DNA of 36,517 nucleotides from Octopus sinensis (Eukaryota): NCBI RefSeq assembly GCF_006345805.1, contig NW_021828066.1:1-36517 (forward strand). The letters run 5' to 3'. The translations under genes were made by a program, and so were the position numbers. This document shows, in pieces, positions 22,412 to 32,324 of the stretch. Position 1 is the stretch's first letter. Each line of letters begins with the position of its first letter. Under the pieces are notes generated by a model. It was not told the DNA's origin, did not search any database, and saw only the letters and a program-made list of their open reading frames with translations.

Positions 22412-23002
22412 TGGTTGTCCACTCCTTAGGCAGAGTTTGACCACCTCCTGTACCTACACCTTAGCACCATCATGGTATCTTATGTGGCTTTTTAAACGAG
22501 ACAATGTTCTGAAAGGACACCCACATAGATTGTACATCCGATTTGGACCACCAAGAGCTGCAGATAAGTTCTGATCTTTGTGGATTTTAAAATGTCTTTT
22601 GAGGCCTCCGTTGGATTTGCAAACCTGGGATACACGGCATTCAAAGGTGTGCACAGACATATAGGCAGAATAGTTGGTGGAGGTCCGTTTTCCATGGGCT
22701 CGCAGATGAGATTTGAACCCAGCCAAAAACAAGCACGGTCTGTCACAGACTGCATACAAAAAGGTCATTGCCATTCACCTTCTCGATCATTACAATCTTC
22801 CTTAGATCTTTTGTGAGTTTTACATGCGTTATCTTCGCCTCTTCAAATGCTTTCACTCCACTCCACACTTTTTTTTCGCTATCCAACTCGATCCGAAGCA
22901 AGGGTTTCCATGTCTTCTGGATCCATTCCAAGTGACTTTATAGTAGTCCTTATGCTATCCTTAAACCTTTTTTTCTGGTTTACGCCGTTAGCGTTTCCCC
23001 TC

Positions 23003-23003
<1 letters not shown>
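22409..23003 (-). mobile_element. RTE-clade LINE 3' end (5'-truncated) with three C-terminal C2H2 fingers
   Basis: Reconstructed over frameshifts: GKR*RRKPKKRFKDSIRTTIKSLGMDPEDMETLASDRVG*RKKVWSGVKAFEE, the RTE C-terminal signature, then CSxCDRPCLFLAGFKSHLRAH, CRVSQVCKSNGGLKRHFKIH, YNLCGCPFRTLSRLKSHIRYH; short 3' UTR; (TA)n on both sides. Confidence 0.85.
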
Positions 23004-23048
<45 letters not shown>

Positions 23049-23077
23049 TGTATGTACGTCTAAATGTGTGTGTGCTT

Positions 23078-23680
23078 AATAAGGTACCTAAGGCGGAAAG
23101 ACACACACCGTATGAGACATATACACACTCATACATGAGCTAGACCTCATATATATAGTAAGATGGACACACACAGACAAACATTCACGCATGTCTGTCG
23201 TCACATATGTATAAATATTTATAGATGTGCGTGTCTGTGTGTGTTTAATAACGTACAGTTACACGTGTATATGTATGTGTAGAAGTGCGTATGTTTAATA
23301 ACGTACCAAACGCGGTAAGGCACACACACTATGAGACATATACACACTCCTACATTTACTCCCATACACTCACAGACAGATACACAGTCATATAAAAAAT
23401 GTGATGTCGGTGTCGTTGTGGTATAAAATGTCCTGTCGACGATAGAAATATTATCTCTATGAAATGTTATATTGTTTTAAACGAAATGAAAATAATCGAA
23501 ATGAAAATAAAATTTCGTATACATATAGTATGTTAAATAACGTACCTAACGCGGAAAGACACACACACACACTGTGAGACATATGTACAATCATGCAATC
23601 CCACACATACATTCACAGACAGATACACAGTCATATACAAAATATGACGTCGTCGACGTCGTGGTTAGAATTAAAAGGAA
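23078..23680. repeat. Degenerate tandem repeat, three units of ~220-240 bp
   Basis: AATAA(C/G)GTACC(T/A)AA(C/G)GCGG(A/T)AAG(A/G)CACAC anchors at 23078, 23297, 23536. Confidence 0.75.
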
Positions 23681-23900
23681 AAGCATAGAGTGAAACAGTA
23701 TATCACATTACAATATAGATGTTATTCTTTCACTTTTATTTAATACAGAACCAATGCCAATGTTGCATTGTTTTAATCCAAATGACAAAAAAATTATATG
23801 TTGACACTCACGGGGTCTAATAGTATTACTATTTAAAATTTGATTTGATTTGGTTGAGCCGTTTGAGAGTGCACTGGGAACAGAGAGACAGCGGATTATA

Positions 23901-24052
23901 TATATACGACGGGCTTTTTTCAGTTTCCTTTTACCAGATCCACTCAAAAGATTTTAGCCGGCCTGGGAGTATAGTAGAAGACACTTGCCCTAGGTGTCAT
24001 ATAACCCGGAACCCTATGGTTGGGAAGCAGGCTTCTTACCACACAGCCATAT
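23901..24052 (-). mobile_element. SINE-B 5' half
   Basis: ATATACGACGGGCTT...TTACCACACAGCC, as in other copies. Confidence 0.8.
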
Positions 24053-24536
24053 GTTTACACATATGCGCATATAATCTCTTGGGAATCGATATGTTCCTTT
24101 CTTCTCTTTTCTTCGTCCTGTGTACAGTTCTATACATATGGACCTGCACACATATAACAATATATATATTACATATACAAAAGTGATACATATATGCATA
24201 CATACGAATACACACAAACACCCACACACACACCCACACACACACATATAATCAATCTGGGTAAATCGTAACATGTCTGAGGCTGCTGAAACTTTGGATG
24301 TATATCACCGTGTCTGGTTATGTACACACACTGATTGGCTGTTAAAATGGGTTAGAGAAAAGCAAACAAGGGAAAGACGTGAGAAAGTTTTGTTGGACAT
24401 TCAGGTTGTGTTAGGGATTCCTTCAGCCTACGCAGTTATTTCTATTGACGTCATAACATATATGAGCATTTACTTTTCCATTTACTTTTCCATTTACTTT
24501 TCCTGCCGTCATGGTACCATCATCATCATCATCATC

Positions 24537-25126
24537 GTTTAACGTCCGTTTTCCGCGCTAGCATGGGTTGGACGGTTCGACCGGGGATCCGGGAAGCCAG
24601 GAGGCTGCACCAGGCTCCAGTCTGATCTAGCAGTGTTTCTACAGCTGGATGCCCTTCCTAACGCCAACCACTCCGTGAGTGTAGTGGGTGCTTTTTACGT
24701 GCCACCGGCACAGGTGCCAGGGGAGTCTGGCATCGGCCACGATCGGTTGGTGCTTTTTACGTGCCACCGGCACAGGTGCCAGGGGAGTCTGGCATCGGCC
24801 ACGTTCGGATGGTGCTTTTTATGTGCCACCGGCACAGAAGCCAGTCGAGGCGGCGCTGGCATCGGCCACGTTCGGATGGTGCTTTTTATGTGCCACCGGC
24901 ACAGAAGCCAGTCGAGGCGGCGCTGGCATCGGCCACGTTCGGATGGTGCTTTTTATGTGCCACCGACACAGAAGCCAGTCGAGGCGGCGCTGGCATCGGC
25001 CACGTTCGGATGGTGCGTTTTATGTGCTACAGGCACAGAAGCTAGTCGAGGCGGCGCTGGCATCGGCCACGTTCGGATGGTACTTTTTATGTGTCACCGG
25101 CACAGAAGCCAGTCGAAGCGGCGCTA
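24537..25126 (-). mobile_element. SINE-C with (GAT)n tail and internal GC-rich minisatellite (2 x 62 bp + 4.5 x 67 bp)
   Basis: Shares CGTTTAACGTCCG...GGATGCCCTTCCTAACGCCAACC with 28749-28980; unit starts at 24697, 24759, 24821, 24888, 24955, 25022, 25089. Confidence 0.85.
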
Positions 25127-25341
25127 TGCATATTTATTTATTTATTTATACATTTGTGTTTGGATTTATATTGCATTTGGAGAATAACTGCGTCCTTGGT
25201 TATAGGTTGCCAAGGAGCAAGTCATTCCGTTATTGCTTCATTGGCTTTCTGATGGTGAGAGTGGCAATGGATTTGTCTGTACAACTTGGACTGAGAACAA
25301 TACCACACAAGGTTTTGTTCTTATTTAGTTTGAAAGAATTG

Positions 25342-25565
25342 TTTACTCTTTTACTCTTTTACTTGTTTCAGTCATTTGACTGCGGCCATGCTGGAGCACC
25401 GCCTTTAATCGAGCAACTCGACCCCGGGACTTATTCTTTTGTAAGCCCAGTACTTATTCTATCGGTCCCTTTTGCCGAACCGCTAAGTGACGGGGACATA
25501 AACACACCAGCATCGGTTGTCAAGCAATGGTGAGGGGTACAAACACAGACATACAAACACACACA

Positions 25566-25609
<44 letters not shown>

Positions 25610-25774
25610 TACGACGGGCTTCTTTCAGCTTCCGTCTACCTAATCCACTCACAAGGCTTTGGTCGGCCCGAGGCTATAGTAGAAGACACTTGCCCAAGGT
25701 GCCACGCAGTGGGACTGAACCCGGAACCATGTGGTTTATAAGCAAGCTACTTACCACACAGCCACTCCTGCGCC
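25342..25774 (-). mobile_element. SINE-B, apparently full length
   Basis: Minus strand: GGCGCAGGAGTGGCTGTGTGG (A-box), GGTTCAGTCCC (B-box-like), GGCACCTTGGGCAAGTGTC (CORE-like), internal (TA)n, 3' GGTGCTCCAGCATGGCCGCAGTCAAATGACTGAAAC and (GTAAAAGA)n tail. Confidence 0.9.
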
Positions 25775-25820
25775 TTGGTTTACTTATTTATTTTTGTTAG
25801 TGCTTACACCCTCCGTTGGT

Positions 25821-25859
<39 letters not shown>

Positions 25860-26345
25860 TATACTTAAAGAATAGCTCTTCTATTATACACATTTCATTA
25901 AAGACACGACTGTCGCACAGTCGTGTCTTTGCGATAAATTCTTTCATTTCCCCGTATGAGTTTCTGGCAGTCAGTTTGGAACCATAAAATTTCTTTAATC
26001 AAAATTCGTCGTTTCTAAACTTCCACAGTCTCACCTTCAAGTATTAAAACAGACATGGCGTCCGCTCAGCGCTATTTATGCTGCTCGAATTTTCTAGATT
26101 TTCCCGTCACAGGTTTTTGACCCTTAGGCTTCCATATCAGCAGTCACGAGATAATTTGTTTTATTGCAGTCAAGTTTTTTTTATCATTAAGATTTCATGT
26201 TCGTAATTACATGTTATTATTTTTTTTTATGTGTGTATTTGTTGCGTGTTTCTTTCGGCCTTGCGTTGCAATATGAATATGCACGTTATTTACAATTGAC
26301 GGATATTTGTCCGCATCTTGCTTGTTGTTACGCCATATGCCTACG

Positions 26346-26420
26346 GGCATATGGCGTAGTGGATTTAGAGCGCGGGCTAATAACCCCAAGATTCCGAGTT
26401 CGGTTCCAAGCAGTGACCTG
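26346..26420 (+). mobile_element. Short tRNA-like SINE-E with (TAA)n tail
   Basis: TGGCGTAGTGG A-box, GAGTTCGGTTCC B-box-like, ending GTGACCTGAAT(AAT)n; does not complete a cloverleaf. Confidence 0.65.
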
Positions 26421-26479
26421 AATAGTAATAATAATAATAATAATAATAACAATAATAATAATAATAATAATAATAATAA

Positions 26480-26676
26480 TTCAGACAAATACATAACAAA
26501 AACAAACACATATAACATACAGAAAATTGCACTACTAGGCACTGCACACATCCTACGCAGAACACTTTCCATACAATAACCATCAGAGCATCACAACAAA
26601 TCACAGCACATACCCAAGGCACACAGAGCTGCGCTCGGTAGTGAAGTGAAAGCACGCTATAAAAATAAAACTACTG
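26480..26676 (+). mobile_element. R4/Dong 3' end, 5'-truncated
   Basis: NIQKIALLGTAHILRRTLSIQ*; small internal deletion relative to the other copies; (AAT)n on both sides. Confidence 0.85.
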
Positions 26677-26698
26677 AATAATAGTAATAATAATAATG

Positions 26699-26759
<61 letters not shown>

Positions 26760-26763
26760 TAAC

Positions 26764-26925
26764 ATCTTAGGAATGAAAACCCAGGTTCGAAATTTCCCCG
26801 AGACACCTGATGAAGGCTGGAGGTATATCTGCCGAAACGTTGTGTTAACAACAAACAAGATGTGGACAAATATCCGTCAAATGTAAATAATACACATAAT
26901 TCTGCATCTCTTAAATATAGAACTG
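26764..26925 (+). mobile_element. Penelope-type pseudo-LTR unit (family H1)
   Basis: Homologous to 8481-8662 in reverse complement, with the same TATAGAACTGT boundary; contains a hammerhead motif. Confidence 0.75.
26802..26846 (+). ncRNA. Minimal type I hammerhead ribozyme motif (H1)
   Basis: GACAC-CTGATGA-A-GGC(TGGAGGTATATCT)GCC-GAAA-CGTT-GTGTT: helix I GACAC/GTGTT, intact core, helix II, palindromic AACGTT in place of helix III. Confidence 0.7.
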
Positions 26926-26929
26926 TAAT

Positions 26930-27990
26930 ATGAATATGCCTTCGATGTTTCCATATTTTGAGGAGAATTTTGTAAAGTATCCAAGTATTATTCTCTAGTA
27001 GTTTTACATGAAGCGTTGTTTTGTGGTGCTTGATATTTTACATAGTGGATTGCTCCTTCTTGTAAAGGCATGGTGCGTCTCAAAGAGAGTTTTATACGTG
27101 TATGTCCAATGTAATAAACTGGAGTCGTGAAGTTTACAACTTTCAGATGTACAGTCGAATTTATAGGTTATGTTTGGCCACTGGTATTTTGTTGTGGGGT
27201 GTATATGCTTGCAGTGTGTGATTGATAAGGAGGATTTTAGTTTCGGTGATTTTGTAGTATATCATTAGTGTTTGGTTATGGGCAGGTGTGATGCATTTTT
27301 GAGTTCCATTTAGTAAAGGTTTTGGTTATGTATTCATCTGTTCGATGGTGTTTTTGCATTAATTCATATAAATTTTATGTGAAATTTATGTATTTTTATT
27401 GGGTACACTGTCTGATGTATTTATTATATTGCATCTGTGGAGGCGCAATGGCCCAGTGGTTAGGGCAGCGGACTCGCGGTCATAGGATCGCGGTTTCGAT
27501 TCCCAGACCGGGCGTTGTGAGTGTTTATTGAGCGAAAACACCTAAAGCTCCACGAGGCTCCGGCAGGGAATGGTGGTGATCCCTGCTGTACTCTTTCACC
27601 ACAACTTTCTCTCACTCTTACTTCCTGTTTCTGTTGTACCTGTATTTCAAGGGGCCGGCCTTGTCACTCTCTGTGTCACGCTGAATATCCCCGAGAACTA
27701 CGTTAAGGGTGCACGTGTCTGTGGAGTGCTCAGCCACTTACACGTTAATTTCACGAGCAGGCTGTTCCGTTGATTCGGATCAACCGGAACCCCCATCGTC
27801 GTAACCGACGGAGCGCTTCCTTCATATTGCATCTATGCCTGTATTTTTTCATAGCTCAGTCTAATAGGCTATTCGATATCTCAGATTGATATTTGCAACC
27901 ATATTGAAGTTAGCTCTCTCTCGCTGGTTCACAATAGTTGTTTGAAATTCTCGACAAGCCTCACTGCAACGTCGTTAAATATCCTACATG
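26930..27990 (-). mobile_element. Penelope-like element remnant (RT-to-EN linker plus GIY-YIG), split by a SINE-D insertion
   Basis: Minus strand: LMIYYKITETKILLIN...NITYKFDCTSESCKLHDSS / YYIGHTRIKLSLRRTMPLQEGAI (one frameshift), a GIY-YIG motif at ~27050-27175; outer boundaries approximate. Confidence 0.75.
27437..27823 (+). mobile_element. SINE-D, full length with TSD
   Basis: A-box TGGCCCAGTGG, B-box-like GTTTCGATTCC; 11-bp TSD ATATTGCATCT (27426-27436, 27824-27834); 3' half shared with 36083-36387. Confidence 0.92.
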
Positions 27991-28479
27991 AAAAACGAGT
28001 GCAAAAGATTGATAACATAATGACACTATAAAATCGTACGAAAATATGAATTTTGAGCCAACTTTACTACAAAGCAAGACAAAGATGAAGGCTTGTACAT
28101 AAAGATAAAGACGCATCGATATCACATAAGTCTGTACATTCTTTCTTCTTCTTTCTCTCTTCTTCTTTGAATCTTCATTTCACTATCATCCGCTTTCTCT
28201 TGTATGTTACTTTAACCTTCCACCTCTTGCTCAGGCTTTCAACTCTTAGAATTTTCTGTCATACGGTCTCACTTTCTCTGTCTGTGTGCCTGTCTGTCTC
28301 TCTTTCTCTCTTCCCCCTCTCTCTCTTATTGCTATCTATTGACTTTACTAGAATCCGTTAGAAATAGCTGTTAAATACGACCTCCCCATACATTACGCAT
28401 GATCGTTTTACACAAGGTGACCCTGAATAACAACAATGAAGGAGAGACCTTGCAGAGGGAAATAAAAGATGTTAATACT

Positions 28480-28717
28480 CTTCTCTCTTTACTCGTTTAA
28501 TTGTTTCAGTCATTTGACTGTGGCCATGCTGGAACAACGCCTTTAGCTGAACAAGTCGACACCAGGACTTATTCTTTGTAAGCCTAGTACTTATTCTATC
28601 GGTCGCTTATGCCGAACCGCTAAGTTACGGGGACGTAAACACACCAGCATCGGTTGTCAAGTGATGTTGGGGGGACATACACAGACACACAAACATATAC
28701 ACACACATACATACATA

Positions 28718-28748
<31 letters not shown>

Positions 28749-29030
28749 GTTTAACGTCCGTTTTCCGCGCTAGCACCGGTTGGACGGTTCGACCGGGGTC
28801 TGGGAAGCCAGGAGGCTGCACCAGGCCCAGTCTGATCTCGCAGTGTTTCTACAGCTGGATGCCCTTCCTAACGCCAACCACTCCGCGAGTGTAGTGGGTG
28901 CATTTTACATGCCACCGGCACAGGTGCCAGGGGAGTCTGGCAGCGGCCACGATCGGTTGGTGCTTTTAACGTGCCACCGGAACTATGTGGTTCGTAAGCA
29001 AGCTACTTACCACACAGCCACTCCTCCGCC
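28480..29030 (-). mobile_element. SINE-B with a SINE-C (28749-28980) replacing its middle
   Basis: SINE-B 3' half, (ACAT)/(CAT)n, SINE-C body, then the last ~50 bp of the SINE-B head joined at CCGG. Confidence 0.85.
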
Positions 29031-29409
29031 TACCTTGAAGAAATAAATGTAAATTAAAAATCGCACCACTCGCTGATATTTTTGTACTGCGGATCCACGT
29101 ACACTACGTTTAGAATACTATATCGCAAATACTAACCAAGAGCATAGTTGAAACCTGATCCCAGGGGATCAACTGAGATCCACATTGACGTGTTGAGCTC
29201 ATATATATGAGACAATGCTACTCATGGTCGTGTTACAGTCATACATTTTAAACTACATCTTAAAATAGCCAATTGGCTGATTCTTATATATGACGTAGCT
29301 TCTCACTTGAACATCTGTCTCAGAAATATATAATTCTTTCCTTACTCTCTTTCTACCTTTTCTAGCGTTCCTAATTTGATCATTACACACTCACACACAC
29401 ACACACACG

Positions 29410-29441
<32 letters not shown>

Positions 29442-29550
29442 TGTATGTATGTATGTATGTATGTATGTATGTATGTATGTATGTATGCATGTATGTATGT
29501 ATATAATTCTACGCGTGTGAGTGTGAGTGTGTTTGTATGTGTGTGTGTTG

Positions 29551-29581
<31 letters not shown>

Positions 29582-29797
29582 TGTGTGTGTGTGTGTGTTT
29601 GTGTCTGTGTGTAAAGTGGAAGATATATAAAAATCTTTATTGATTTAGCAGAAGTGACAAATCACAGGATTCAATACGAATGGTGAAGAGTAATCTTTAA
29701 GACATTAGAACCGAAACAGTCCAATTTCTAGTACTTCACTTATCGGCTTACCAACTGAAAATCATCGGAAACGAGTAACTCTGGGTATTATATATAT

Positions 29798-29828
<31 letters not shown>

Positions 29829-29863
29829 TATATAATATATATCTATATATATTATATATATAA

Positions 29864-29907
<44 letters not shown>

Positions 29908-29911
29908 TATA

Positions 29912-30065
29912 TGAGTGGCTGTGCGGTAAATAGCTTGCTTACGAACCATATGGTTCTAGGTTCAGTCCTGAGTGGCACCATGAGCAAGTGTCTTCTACTG
30001 TAGCGTCGGGCCGACCAAAGCCTTGTGAATGGATTTGATAGACGGAAGCTGAAAGAAGCCCGTCG

Positions 30066-30128
<63 letters not shown>

Positions 30129-30330
30129 TGTGTGTCTGTGTCCACCCATCATCGCTTGATAACCTTTGTTAGTGCGTTTACGTACCTGTAACTTAGCGGT
30201 TCGGCAGAAGAGACGGTAGTAAGTACTGGGCTTACAAAGAATAAGTCCTAGGGTCGATTTGTTCGACTAAAGGTGGTGCTCCAGCATGGCCGTAGTCAAA
30301 TGACTGAAACAAATAAAAGAATAAAAGAAT
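29912..30330 (+). mobile_element. SINE-B
   Basis: GAGTGGCTGTGCGG head, internal (TA)/(TG), tail AAATAAAAGAATAAAAGAAT. Confidence 0.88.
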
Positions 30331-30350
30331 ATATATATATATATATATAT

Positions 30351-30634
30351 TCTATTGTTTTACACGTTTCAGTCATTTGATTGCAGCCATGCTGGAGTAC
30401 CGACTTAAAGGCTTTTAGTTGATGGAATGAACCCCAGGACTTATTCTTTTGTAAGTCTAGTACTCTAGTAGTTATTCTATCGGTCTCTTCTGGTGAACGG
30501 CTTTGTTACGGGGACATATACACACCACCATCGGTTGTCAAGTGATAGTGGGGAGACAAACACAGACACAAAGACACACACATAAATATATATATACATA
30601 TATATATTATATATATATCATTAAATATATATTA

Positions 30635-30672
<38 letters not shown>

Positions 30673-30898
30673 ATATATACAACATACATACATACATACA
30701 TACATACATACATACATACATACATACATACATACATACGACAGTCTTTTTTTCAATTTCCTACCAAATCCACTCACAAGGGCTTGGTTGCCCGAAACTA
30801 TAGTAGAAAACACTTGCCCAATGTGTCACACGGTGGGACTGAACCCGGAACCATGTGGTTGGGAATCAAGCTTTTTACCACACAGCCATGCCCACGCC
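30351..30898 (-). mobile_element. SINE-B with expanded (TA)/(TACA) core
   Basis: Same motifs; tail-to-tail with the preceding copy. Confidence 0.88.
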
Positions 30899-30954
30899 TA
30901 CATACACACACACACACACACACACATACACACACACACACATATCTCTCTCTT

Positions 30955-31288
30955 TTCTCTTTTACTTGTTTCAGTCATTTGACTACGGCCATGCTGGAGC
31001 ACCGCCTTTAGTCGAGCAAATCGACCCCAGGACTTATTCTTTGTAAGCCCAGTACTTATTCACACCAGCATCGGTTGTCAAGCAAACACAGACACACAAA
31101 CACACACACATATACATATACATATATACGACAGGCTTCTTCCAGTTTCCGTCTACCAAATCCACTCACAAGGCATTGGTCGGCCCGGGGCTATAGCAGA
31201 AGACACTTGCCCAAGATGCCACGCCGTGGGACTGAACCCGGAACCATGTGGTTGGTTAGCAAGCTACTTACCACACAGCCACTCCTAG
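30955..31288 (-). mobile_element. SINE-B with two internal deletions
   Basis: TACTTATT|CACACC and GTCAAGC|AAACAC junctions relative to other copies. Confidence 0.85.
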
Positions 31289-31656
31289 GCTATACATATA
31301 TAATAAATGAAAGACAGAAGGTGCAAAATACAAGAATTTATTATTAATCACAATTGTTTCGACAGATCTAGCATAGATTCCTCTTGGCTGGGACACTGAA
31401 CATCTGGTTTAGGACCTTCCGGTTGTGCAGATGTATCTCGTCGGGTGATAAATGAATAAAAACAACTCGTTAAAATGACAATTCCACAATGCAACTTCCC
31501 GTTTTGTAGAGAGAAAAAACAGCCAGACGGAGGGGGAAAATCTACAGATATATTAAAGATTAGTAATAAAATCGCAGATGACAAAAAGAGACACGAACAT
31601 GTAATCCAGCGAGAAAAGTATTGAAAATAACCATTAACAATAAAAGAATATATACG

Positions 31657-31711
<55 letters not shown>

Positions 31712-31724
31712 ACATACACACACT

Positions 31725-31768
<44 letters not shown>

Positions 31769-31841
31769 CCATGTTGATTCGCTAGCTTCTGCACGCATTT
31801 TTTTTCTCTCCTTGTTTCTTTCCGTGTTTCTTTTCTGTGTA

Positions 31842-31878
31842 TCTTTCTGTTGAAGAGCGTAGCTCGAAACGTAAAAGA
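31842..31878 (+). ncRNA. Hammerhead-like motif (H2) in a pseudo-LTR-like unit (~31765-31975)
   Basis: TCTTT-CTGTTGA-A-GAGC(GTA)GCTC-GAAA-CGTA-AAAGA: perfect helices I and II; core has A6U. Confidence 0.6.
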
Positions 31879-32282
31879 CTTGTTTTATTATATTCCTGAG
31901 CGCCATACTAATACAATGTTTGTTTGTATTCCACTTGCCTTCGTCTTTTGTTTATTTTCATAAGCTTCCCGTTATATATATATATATAATATATATTATA
32001 CAAGCATTAGGATTATATAATGTATAAGTTATAAAGAAAGAATTAAAGAAAAAAGGACTCATTATATTCAATGTTATCGATATATCGAGTGGAAATGGTG
32101 GGGAGGAAGGGGTGCTCCAGCTCTGCGGTGCCTATACTCGAACCGCCACTGTACATACATATTAATGCTTTATATTAATCCGATGGGTAACTCTATACTT
32201 TTGTAGAGTATAAATTTATTATTTTTAAACAATAAATGTTGTTGATAGTAATTCGAAGATTCGGCCAATTAAGCATGGTCGA

Positions 32283-32313
<31 letters not shown>

Positions 32314-32324
32314 ATATATATATA

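Noticed and set aside
22454-22774. Host C2H2 zinc-finger gene
   Set aside because: No TGEKP linkers, contiguous with an RTE C-terminal signature, frameshifted, and ends in a LINE-like UTR plus (TA)n.
24633-25533. ORFs of 184, 281 and 94 aa with rotating repeated peptides
   Set aside because: Artefact of 62/67-bp units (not multiples of 3) in a GC-rich, stop-poor minisatellite; the 281-aa ORF runs on into a SINE-B tail.
27437-27515. SINE heads as tRNA genes (also 26346, 15922, 36083, 25700-25774)
   Set aside because: A/B boxes are present but no complete cloverleaf or acceptor stem; they continue into repeat bodies.
29268-29300. CCAAT and TGACGTA words suggesting a promoter
   Set aside because: Short motifs expected by chance; no associated gene or other support.
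31345-31392. Possible further hammerhead on the minus strand (…CTGTCGAAACAATTGTG)
   Set aside because: No CTGANGA core, triplet would be GUG, and no helix I could be formed.
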